Below, piece by piece: positions 21,120-29,677 of a stretch of DNA of 64,000 bases. Below the pieces are notes generated by a model. That model did not search any database. It was not told the origin of the DNA and worked only from the letters and a program-made list of their open reading frames with translations. Source of the stretch: a virus. Within the stretch, counting starts at the first letter, position 1. Every line of letters starts with the position of its first letter. The position numbers were made by a program, and so were the translations under genes. The stretch is from IMG/VR virus record IMGVR_UViG_3300005527_000060; one strand, given 5' to 3'.

Positions 21120-22152
21120 CATTTATGTTACATGCTAAACGTTTCCTTTAACACTCTTATACTTTCATATAAGATCAGACTATATCATAGTATATTTCTA
21201 TACTCCCTGCTTTTCAGATACACTGTACCTTACTCTACTCAGTTATACATAATAATTATGTACCTTTTTGATAGTCGTTGAAGGAGATACAAGATCTTTA
21301 TATCCCCCTGCTGATTGCCCAATCTTCTTAGTTTTTATAACTATCAAGTATATTATTCCTAATTGCTTTGTAGTTAAGAAGCTCTAAGGGGTTTCCAGCA
21401 AAGCCACTTTAAAATAATCTTCTGCTTCTTGTTTGGTATGAAAATATTTACGCTTCATTTTGTTTCCATTCCAGGTTCTTACTTCCCATCTATTTCTTTC
21501 AGTTTTAAAAGAAAAGCCACCCTTTTTATCCCCATTTAACTTTCTAGAGTTTTTACCTCTTAGAGAAGTAATTCTACTTTCTTCTTCTAAAGAATTTAAT
21601 TCTTCTAAAGAAAATATTGTATCTGGGTTGTTTAAAACAGCACTGCTCTCAAATAATTCTAAAGCTTTTAAGTCATAATACTTTATTGCTGATTCAATAT
21701 TTGAGAAGGTTCTATGATAAGTAATTCCTGAATTAGCTATTAATACTGCATATGAAGTAGTACCATCTTTAAGAATCTTTTCTCTAATTCCATAATAACC
21801 ACTTAAAGGTTTAGCCCTTAATCTGTTATGTATGTTTACAGAATATGTAACTACTTTCAAATTAGAAAGACAGTTATTTAATTTATTTCTATCAAGATGA
21901 TCAACAACATATCCTTTTAAAGGACACATCAAAAATTGATGTAAATACATACTTCGTCTATTAAAGTAGCATCCTACATAATCTTCTGAAGGTGCAATAA
22001 ATAATTTGACATTTAATAAGTCAAGTAAATCTACTGTTGACTTGTCTAATAAAACTTCTTTTCCACGCAAATAAATTGTTTCCATTACATTAAACTAAAA
22101 CTATATTTTAATTATAGCATAACAGGGTTTAAAGTGCACAATGATAAGGGCT
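21120..22152 (-). mobile_element. group I self-splicing intron in polA, carrying an HNH-AP2 homing endonuclease ORF
   Basis: 5' exon ends ..GTG CAU (U before 5'SS), intron ends in G. On minus strand in order: P-like AATTGCTGGAAACCCC (21400-21387), Q-like GGCAATCAGCAGG (21320-21308), R-like TTCAACGACTATC (~21275-21262), S-like GATATAGTCTGAT (~21185-21175). Confidence 0.7.
21384..22085 (-). CDS. HNH homing endonuclease with two AP2 DNA-binding domains (intron-encoded)
   Basis: HNH_3-type motif GYVVDHLDRNKLNNCLSNLKVVTYSVNIHNR. AP2-like YYGIREK...YHRTFSNIESAIKYYDLKALELF and WEVRTWNGNKMKRKYFHTKQEAEDYF. TAG stop lies inside the intron P element. Confidence 0.75.
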   Translation of the reverse strand: METIYLRGKEVLLDKSTVDLLDLLNVKLFIAPSEDYVGCYFNRRSMYLHQFLMCPLKGYVVDHLDRNKLNNCLSNLKVVTYSVNIHNRLRAKPLSGYYGIREKILKDGTTSYAVLIANSGITYHRTFSNIESAIKYYDLKALELFESSAVLNNPDTIFSLEELNSLEEESRITSLRGKNSRKLNGDKKGGFSFKTERNRWEVRTWNGNKMKRKYFHTKQEAEDYFKVALLETP

Positions 22153-24255
22153 ATGCACTAAAGCTACAATACAATTTCTAACTTTGTATCTATTATTTAC
22201 TTCTTCTAAATACTTTCTAACATATGGCAGGGTTACTTTTAGTTGATCAGCACAAAATCCTTGAACATATCCATTTGGACCCTTTCTTTGAGCTGAAGCA
22301 TCATTTCCCTTTGAATTAGATTCATCTACCCATAACCATCTGCCAGTTGGTAGCCTTATTCTTTTACATCTAATTGCTTCTTTAGCACTATTATCAAGCC
22401 ACTCTTTAAGCTTAAAGAATTGACTAAAATAACTATGTAATACTTTAGCTGCATCTTCAACAGAACATTTTAAGTCTTCAGATAAACCTTGTTCAGTCTT
22501 ACCATAAATAACACTAAAGTTTAAAATCTTCCCTTGAAATCTGAAGTCTGTAGAAGAAGGTATACTACTTAATATATTAATAATATTAGTAGCTTCTTCA
22601 ATACTACATCCTAAATAGGTTTGTAGATCATTTATAGATTTATTATATACATCTAAATATAATAGATCTTTATTATTATAAGTATATTTAAAATTCTTAT
22701 GATTACCCTCAGCCATTTCTCTAATAAGTTCTGCTGGATAATTCTTTAAAGCTGGACATAAGCCCATAGCAGCTACAGTATGAGGATCAGTATAAGGATC
22801 TTCTACAGGTTTACCTTTCTTATTAAGTATTTGATTTCCATTATTATCTAATAGATATAACTGTTTTTTCTTTTGATAAAAGGGTGCTAAACCCGCTTCA
22901 TCTTTAGCATAAGCCATTGCAGTTAATACTTCTTGTGAACTAAAGTCAATGCCAGCAATAACATAATCTTGTCTAGCTATAAAACCGCTTCTAATGTCAT
23001 AATTGCCTCTAGCAATTACCTGTTGTAAATTCATCTTAAACTTTTTATCACCAACAATAATACTAGAAGAAGATGACATTCTACCAGTTCCAGCCCCCAC
23101 AGGATTAGTAGTAGCATGTAAAGCACCAGTTATTGGACTAACAATAGAGTTATATTTACTAATCTCTGTTATTAGTTTTTCCTGTCTTTTATATACAATA
23201 AAAGTATTTATAACCTCCTTTGCATCTTGCTTATTAGATATCATTTCTAAATCTACATCATCAGTGTCTTCCTCATCTTCATCATCATCTTGATTAGAAA
23301 GAAACTCTTTCATAATAGCAGCGTTCAAAGCAGTTAAATTAACTTTGAACTTACTATTAATAATAGTACCTAACTTCTTAGGATTATTAAAAATAGTTGT
23401 TACTATAGGAGATACTGTTAAAGATTGTTGTAAGATACCATCCTCATCTTCAACTAAAGACACTGATAATGGCTGATCTAATTGTCTTGCTAACTTAATC
23501 TTAGTATCATTAGATAGTTGTTCTAATTCTTTAATAAAGCTATTCATCTTAACTTTATCAATATTAAAACCAACATACTCAACAATAGCTAAGATTCTCA
23601 TTGCATCTTGATCTAGATTAAATGCATACTCTTGTTCATAATAACTTATAAGACTTTCTTTAACATTTATACATAATTCTAACCACTTAGTATTAACATC
23701 CATTGCTGAATATTCCAACTGAGCTTTACTAAGAATAGGGCTAGACCAATCAGATGTTTGTAATGTTTTATCCATTACAACTCCTGCAAAGTGTCTCATG
23801 ATAGAGCCTAAACTACTACCAATTGCCAACTTACTTTGTCTCCATCCAATAGATACATATAAAGTATTAAACATAACCATTGAACAGTATATATTGTTCA
23901 TTTCAATATTATAGTGATGTTTAATCTGTCTTATTTCAAAGGTTGCATTATGCGCCCATACAATAAATCTATTATTATTCTTTATTAGATTTAAGAAGGG
24001 CAGTATATCAACAGTATTTAATTCAACTACAACTGTTGGGCCATCATTACCAATCCAATTAATACTTATAAGTCTTAGCTTATTACAGTAGCAATCTAAA
24101 CCTGAGCTTACAAGTCTATATTCATCTTTAACATAGCCTTCAAAGTCAATACCAACATTTACCACTTCTTCTTTTGAAAGAGTTGTTAGAACATCTATTA
24201 TTTGTTCTAACAACTCTTGAGTAGTAATATAAGAATATATATTACTATTATGCAT
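22153..24255 (-). CDS. polA: DNA polymerase I-family polymerase, exon 1 (3'-5' exo + polymerase domains up to motif C ..ALVH)
   Basis: ORF 22129..24255 (708 aa) with exonuclease and family-A polymerase segments. Terminates 7 codons after ..IVALVH (motif C HDE missing its D-E); these codons (SPYHCAL*) are read-through into the intron. Confidence 0.8.
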
Positions 24256-24697
24256 CTTCTACTGAGCCAAAGATTTCTTCTAATACTTCAACTTCATCTG
24301 GCAGTTGTTCTGAAACCGTTTGTAAGAACAACTCATTTTGTGCTCTAGCCTCTGCTTCTGCATCATATAAACCAACTGCAGAAGTATCAAAATTACTTAT
24401 TGAATTAACTTGTGCTAACTCATTTCCAGTTGTTGAGGGTAATATTGGCTGCACAGAACCAGTTACATAAGAAGTATTATTCCTTGCATAGTTATTTCTG
24501 GCATTCTTATTAGGAGACACACCCAAAGATGCAGAAGAAAGTATCTCTGACAGTTCATTCAGCCTTTCATTTCCATAATCTAAAGTGGCTTTCAATAAAA
24601 GTAAATCATCAATAGAAATCTTCTTCAAGCCTTCTTTAGTAAAAAGATTTTTAAAATCTTTTATTGTTGTTTGAATTGGATTGCTTGTTTTAGCCAT
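24248..24697 (-). CDS. hypothetical protein
   Basis: 149-aa ORF overlapping the polA start. Confidence 0.35.
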   Translation of the reverse strand: MAKTSNPIQTTIKDFKNLFTKEGLKKISIDDLLLLKATLDYGNERLNELSEILSSASLGVSPNKNARNNYARNNTSYVTGSVQPILPSTTGNELAQVNSISNFDTSAVGLYDAEAEARAQNELFLQTVSEQLPDEVEVLEEIFGSVEDA

Positions 24698-24953
24698 CAG
24701 AATTATTCAACTCTTCAACGCCTTTAGCATAAACACTAGAAATTCTATTACCTTGAGTTTTAATACCTCTAATAGTATTAATAGGATAACTCATGATTTC
24801 CTCAGAAGTAAACTCTGACAATTGAGCAAGAATAGTAGTTAGATTAACTTGTCTAGAAGATTTAGTCTTTGAAGATTTAGCTTCAGCAACGGTAATAACC
24901 TCAGGGTCATTTTGAATAAGATCAACCAATGAAGTATTATTAGTAGGTTCCAT
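24690..24953 (-). CDS. hypothetical small protein
   Basis: 87-aa ORF. Confidence 0.3.
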   Translation of the reverse strand: MEPTNNTSLVDLIQNDPEVITVAEAKSSKTKSSRQVNLTTILAQLSEFTSEEIMSYPINTIRGIKTQGNRISSVYAKGVEELNNSDG

Positions 24954-24982
24954 AATTAAATTTCAGTCCTTATTTTTTTAAA

Positions 24983-25999
24983 TTAACATTTAGAATTAAC
25001 AGCATCTCTTAAAGCTTCAAATAGTTCAGGATCTTCTCTTAGTTTAGCTTCTAAGTTGTTTTCCCCTTGAACTTTAATTGGCTCTTCAGAGCTTAAATTT
25101 GGCAAACTTAATGTGATCCAAGAACCAGCAACCTTTATTAGTTCCTCCTTCTTGGCCATTCTAATTACATCTATATACTTATTGTAATTAGTATTAGTAA
25201 TAGTTTTATCAATACTATCTTGTTCAAGATCTACTTGCATTTCAATGCTTCTTAGTGCTTTACCATATTTAGATTTTATACATTTAATCTGAACATCAAA
25301 GTTATTAATGCCTTCTTCATCTGGTGATTTAAGAGCCTTCTTAGTTGTCATTAGTCTAATAGAAGCCCAATAAGGTAAACCCTTACCACCCATACTACCT
25401 TCTGGATTACCATATCCACTTAAGTTAGTATTTCTAACCTGATTAATAAGAATAAGTACTACATCATTCTTTTTACATTTAACACTAAACTGTGGAAGAT
25501 TTTCACTTAACAGTCTAGCTCTAATACCCATTACAAATACATCACCAATCTCTTTACTTTCATCTGTTAACTTCTCTGGAACTAAGCCAGCAACACTATC
25601 AATAATGACAGCACAGAAGTCTTCAGTAAGAAATGATCTAGTACATTGTAAGGCTTCTTCAGCACTTGTTGCATCTACTAATAATACTTTATCTGGGTCT
25701 AATCCTATATTAGTAGCATGACAAGAAGTATAGCCAAACTCTGCAGCCTGTACATAGCCAACAAATCTATCAGTTTGTTTTTGTAGTTGAGCTGCTATAT
25801 ACATAGCTAACAATGACTTAGTTGTTTGTTCTGGCCCATATATTTCAATAATAGTACCATGTGGAACGCCGCCACCTAACAAGTGATTTATAGAAGGAGA
25901 TTCAAGTTTAAATCTTTCAACTTCAACTTGGTTACCAATACAAACTTGCTTTTTACCAACTACCTTTTCAGTTAGCTTTACATACTCTTTTAAATCCAC
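24983..25999 (-). CDS. UvsX/RecA-like recombinase
   Basis: 338 aa. Modified Walker A IYGPEQTTKS (cf. T4 UvsX GPSKHFKS, RecA GPESSGKT), Walker B VVLILINQVR-type hydrophobic strand, L2-like GxG region. Confidence 0.55.
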   Translation of the reverse strand: MDLKEYVKLTEKVVGKKQVCIGNQVEVERFKLESPSINHLLGGGVPHGTIIEIYGPEQTTKSLLAMYIAAQLQKQTDRFVGYVQAAEFGYTSCHATNIGLDPDKVLLVDATSAEEALQCTRSFLTEDFCAVIIDSVAGLVPEKLTDESKEIGDVFVMGIRARLLSENLPQFSVKCKKNDVVLILINQVRNTNLSGYGNPEGSMGGKGLPYWASIRLMTTKKALKSPDEEGINNFDVQIKCIKSKYGKALRSIEMQVDLEQDSIDKTITNTNYNKYIDVIRMAKKEELIKVAGSWITLSLPNLSSEEPIKVQGENNLEAKLREDPELFEALRDAVNSKC

Positions 26000-26159
26000 T
26001 TACATAATACCTAATAAGATTAACCTTAAGAGGCAAACTTAATTATTCTAATGCATTATTAAAATCTTCTATAAAAGTATTAATACCTCCCTTGAAGTAT
26101 TTATTAACCCTTCCTTCACTACTCAACTCTATAAAAGCTTGTTGATAGTCTCTAACATC

Positions 26160-26525
26160 TTAAAGAGCTTCCATAGCTTTAATTATTTTATCCTCCTCTT
26201 GTTCAAAGTTGCAATCTTCATACACTTGATCACAATATTCTAACTCATCTTCTAATGTCCAAGTTCTTCCTAGATACCTTAACCAATCATCATGTTCAAG
26301 TGTATTATAATCTTGATAATTAGCGTCAGTAATCCGCCCACTCATAACTAAATCATCAACAGGATTTTTATCTAGTTCTTTAATTATTTCTCTATTTAGT
26401 TGAGCTTTTAATACTCTCTTATTTATTCTCTTTAACTTTCTTTTATACTTACCAGAAAGCTCTTTAAGGCTGTATTGTCTCTTGTTCTTGTCTGACATAT
26501 CCATTCTCCAACTGATCAAATACAA
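26160..26525 (-). CDS. hypothetical basic protein
   Basis: 121-aa ORF, K/R-rich N-terminus. Confidence 0.35.
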   Translation of the reverse strand: MYLISWRMDMSDKNKRQYSLKELSGKYKRKLKRINKRVLKAQLNREIIKELDKNPVDDLVMSGRITDANYQDYNTLEHDDWLRYLGRTWTLEDELEYCDQVYEDCNFEQEEDKIIKAMEAL

Positions 26526-26961
26526 GTTTAGACATTATAACAATAGTTCCATATTCTTTACTATTAATTAAATGTATTTCATCTATTCTATATTCTTTTG
26601 GAGTAATAGCTAACTTATTTACTGTAGTTCTACTCTTAATAGATATATGTATTTCATCACCATTAGGAAGTAGTAATATACCATCACCATCTCTAAACTT
26701 TGCTCCACTAGCTTCAGTGGCTTCTAAGCCAAAATCTTTTACTAATTGAGCCTCTACTTTTCTACCTCTTTTATTACATTCTTTACCTCTATTACTGGCT
26801 TTAATGTCTTTAGCAGGATGATCTTTTAAGTCCTTTATTTTTCTATTAAGGGGCTTATAATATAATTTACCAGTACCAACACCAGCAATACATTCAGAGC
26901 ATTTCTCTCCTGCATTAGTGCAATTCATTTCATATATATAAGGACAATTAACAAGCAGCAT
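26464..26961 (-). CDS. Zn-ribbon + PD-(D/E)xK-like nuclease (Hjc/Mrr-like), tentative
   Basis: N-terminal CxxC...CxxC (CPYIYEMNCTNAGEKCSEC), then ASGAKFRDGDGILLLPNGDEIHISIKSR resembling the Hjc SG...D...E-x-K core. Confidence 0.3.
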   Translation of the reverse strand: MLLVNCPYIYEMNCTNAGEKCSECIAGVGTGKLYYKPLNRKIKDLKDHPAKDIKASNRGKECNKRGRKVEAQLVKDFGLEATEASGAKFRDGDGILLLPNGDEIHISIKSRTTVNKLAITPKEYRIDEIHLINSKEYGTIVIMSKLVFDQLENGYVRQEQETIQP

Positions 26962-27029
26962 ACATTTGTATTGATTGAAAAAGTTATTTTATTTGTAGTA
27001 AATAATGTAGATAAATATTAGATAAATAA

Positions 27030-27449
27030 ATGCTTGTAAAGTATAACATAGCTAGTGAAATAACAGATGGAGTATCAACAAATATAAAGTGGGTATTACC
27101 TAAGACATTTGAGTTAACACCTGATCACCTATATCAATTTAACTCTGTAGCAATAGCAAAAGGAGATCCATTTACATTAACAGTAAACATAGATCCTTTA
27201 TACACTTTAAGATACTTAGTAATTAACAGTAATAACTCATTTACAATCAATATAAATGAGTCATTTGAACTATTAACTAATACATTTACGTTAGATGTTG
27301 GACCAAGTAGAACAGGCTTTACTAATCTAACTGAAATTGAAGAAGTACTAATAACTAATCCAACAGGATTCTCTGGACCTGTGGGCGCTCAATTTACAAA
27401 TCCAAATATAATTGAAGTCAAATATATATTAGTAATAGAAAAAAGATAA
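27030..27449 (+). CDS. hypothetical structural protein
   Basis: 139-aa plus-strand ORF starting a plus-strand block (27030-32789). Confidence 0.4.
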   Translation: MLVKYNIASEITDGVSTNIKWVLPKTFELTPDHLYQFNSVAIAKGDPFTLTVNIDPLYTLRYLVINSNNSFTININESFELLTNTFTLDVGPSRTGFTNLTEIEEVLITNPTGFSGPVGAQFTNPNIIEVKYILVIEKR

Positions 27450-27473
27450 TTATTAATATTAAAGAGATTTACA

Positions 27474-27812
27474 ATGCAAGTTACTATAAACGCTATTACA
27501 CAAAGAAATAATGTGACTGACGGTAACAAAGGAGATATTACAGTATCTTTGGAAGGTACTTTATGGACTATAAACCCTGCACAATTAGCTAATAAGTTTG
27601 TATATGCAGAGATACCAGCAGGTATAGTTAATGGCATTAATCCTGTATTTACATCAATAAATAGCTTTATACCAGCAACTTTAATAGTATATGTTAATGG
27701 TCTTAGACAAACTATTATAAATGATTACATTACAGCAGGAAATAATACTATAACATTTGTAAGTCCTCCATTAATAACAGATATTACAACAATAGACTAC
27801 ATAAAATTATAA
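27474..27812 (+). CDS. hypothetical structural protein
   Basis: 112-aa ORF, TAA stop. Confidence 0.4.
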   Translation: MQVTINAITQRNNVTDGNKGDITVSLEGTLWTINPAQLANKFVYAEIPAGIVNGINPVFTSINSFIPATLIVYVNGLRQTIINDYITAGNNTITFVSPPLITDITTIDYIKL

Positions 27813-27831
27813 TTATATAAAGTATAAGTAA

Positions 27832-28662
27832 ATGGCATTAACACAAATTGCAACAAGACAAATTCAAGATGGCGCTATTAATAATAGTAAGATTGGAGCA
27901 GGTGCTGGTATTACAACTAATAAGTTAGCTGAAGGTGCTGACTTTGTTAAAAGAGATGGTACAGTAACATTTACTGGTGCTGTTAACTTAGGTGGCCAAA
28001 GAATTACTAATTTAGCTTCACCTTCTAACTCAACAGACGCTGTAAACCAAGCTTATGTTGACACTCAAATATCTAATTTAAATAGCCTATTTGATTCTAA
28101 ACCAAGTGCTAAAGCAGCTACTACAGGTAATATTGCATTAACCAATCCAGCTACAGCAGTATTTGACACAGTTACTTTAAATCCAACTGAAATTCTATTT
28201 GTAAGAGCACAAACAGCTCCCTCTGAAAATGGTTTATATACATTCAATGGATCTAGTTCACCTTTAACTAGAATTACTCAAATGGATGTTTGGACTGAAT
28301 TCCCAGGCGCTTTATTTACAGTTGAATCTGGTGGTTCTGTTTATGGAAATACAATGTGGCTTTGTAATGTTGCTAGTGGTGGTACATTAGGTACAACACC
28401 TGTTACATTTATACAAGTTAATGCTGCTGGTTTAACAGGTAGTAACTTTGTTGATAAAGAGATACCAACAGGAGCTTTAAATGGGTCTAATACTACATTC
28501 ACATTAACTGCCACACCTGTTGCTGGCAGTGAACATGTGTATTTCAATGGTATATTACTAGATGTTGGCGCTAGCAATGATTATACAATTTCTAACGCCG
28601 TAATAACTACCTTATTTGCACCAACTGCTGCTGACAAGATTAGAGTATCATATAGAAAATAA
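27832..28662 (+). CDS. hypothetical fibre/structural protein
   Basis: 276 aa, A/T/G/N-rich, no catalytic motifs. Confidence 0.4.
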   Translation: MALTQIATRQIQDGAINNSKIGAGAGITTNKLAEGADFVKRDGTVTFTGAVNLGGQRITNLASPSNSTDAVNQAYVDTQISNLNSLFDSKPSAKAATTGNIALTNPATAVFDTVTLNPTEILFVRAQTAPSENGLYTFNGSSSPLTRITQMDVWTEFPGALFTVESGGSVYGNTMWLCNVASGGTLGTTPVTFIQVNAAGLTGSNFVDKEIPTGALNGSNTTFTLTATPVAGSEHVYFNGILLDVGASNDYTISNAVITTLFAPTAADKIRVSYRK

Positions 28663-28670
28663 TTAAATAA

Positions 28671-29081
28671 ATGGCTCCAACAACTGCAAGATTTAGTCAA
28701 TTAAATAGAGTAACAACTCTTACAGATGCAAGTATTATTAGTATAGATTCTAATACTACTATCATTGGAGTTTTGCCATCTTTATCACAAGCATGTACCT
28801 TTCAAACACCAACTGGAAATCCTACAGAGGGTCAATCATTACAAATAAGAATAACTAGTTCCTTACAGAGATCAATATCATTTGATAGCGGTTATTCAAC
28901 ATCTAGCAATAATGCTATACCAACTCTAACTACAGGATTAAATAAAGAAGACTATTTATTCTTTATATATAATGCAACTGATAACAAATGGAATTACATT
29001 AACAGCTCAATTCAACCAACAAATAGCAGTTCTAGTGGAATATCAGAGGAACTTGCAATAGCTTATTCAATAGCACTTTAA
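28671..29081 (+). CDS. hypothetical structural protein
   Basis: 136-aa ORF. Confidence 0.4.
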   Translation: MAPTTARFSQLNRVTTLTDASIISIDSNTTIIGVLPSLSQACTFQTPTGNPTEGQSLQIRITSSLQRSISFDSGYSTSSNNAIPTLTTGLNKEDYLFFIYNATDNKWNYINSSIQPTNSSSSGISEELAIAYSIAL

Positions 29082-29089
29082 TAAACAAA

Positions 29090-29671
29090 ATGAAACTAGC
29101 ACCTTTAAAAAACTATTCATTTAATGCATCAGCAAAAACCGTAACACTGTTAGATTATACTGATATTGATTTAGAATCAATATTAATAATTACTAATCTT
29201 GTTACTAATACACAAATATACAATTTTGCAATTAGTGGTAAAGGTGGAACTGTATTAAATAATGTATTAACATTACAATTTGATACAACTGTAATGAATG
29301 ATTCTGACACATTACAAATATACTATGATGATTCATCAAGAGACTTAACAGTTAATAATGAGGGTGAACTTAGAGTAACCTCTGAGGATAATATTGCAAT
29401 GTTAAGTAAAATATTAACAAGTTTATTACCTCTAACAAACACTGATTCTTCACAAAGAACTTTACAAACTGTTGATTCAATTAGTGCAGGTGTAACATTA
29501 CCAACAGTTACTAACGTTGGTACAGTAGCTACAATAACTAACGTTGGTACAGTAGCTACAATAACTAATCCAGTTGATACTGCTATTGGAGCTAATGGAT
29601 TAGGTGTTGGTTATGATTTATATATGATGAATCTCAGATCAGCTTATAATACAGCAATATTACCTAAATAA
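29090..29671 (+). CDS. hypothetical structural protein with short internal tandem duplication (TNVGTVATI x2)
   Basis: 193 aa; 27-nt perfect tandem duplication at ~29512-29565. Confidence 0.4.
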   Translation: MKLAPLKNYSFNASAKTVTLLDYTDIDLESILIITNLVTNTQIYNFAISGKGGTVLNNVLTLQFDTTVMNDSDTLQIYYDDSSRDLTVNNEGELRVTSEDNIAMLSKILTSLLPLTNTDSSQRTLQTVDSISAGVTLPTVTNVGTVATITNVGTVATITNPVDTAIGANGLGVGYDLYMMNLRSAYNTAILPK

Positions 29672-29677
29672 AAATAA

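Noticed and set aside
22129-22152. Last 7 codons (SPYHCAL*) of the supplied polA ORF
   Set aside because: They are read-through into the intron. Motif C continues in exon 2 at 21119.
27389-27637. Minus-strand 82-aa ORF, and other short ORFs antisense to long genes (2040-2345, 3000-3185, 4595-4951, 7447-7895, 12691-12888, 15073-15699, 16192-16389, 23003-23293, 28065-28577, 31540-31752, 36267-37387, 41667-42245, 44069-44317, 46633-46882, 51744-51935, 53061-53276, 56287-56517, 62731-62982)
   Set aside because: Each is fully embedded antisense, or overlapping in another frame, within a longer gene that has clear motifs or fits the operon orientation. Low-complexity AT-rich translations.
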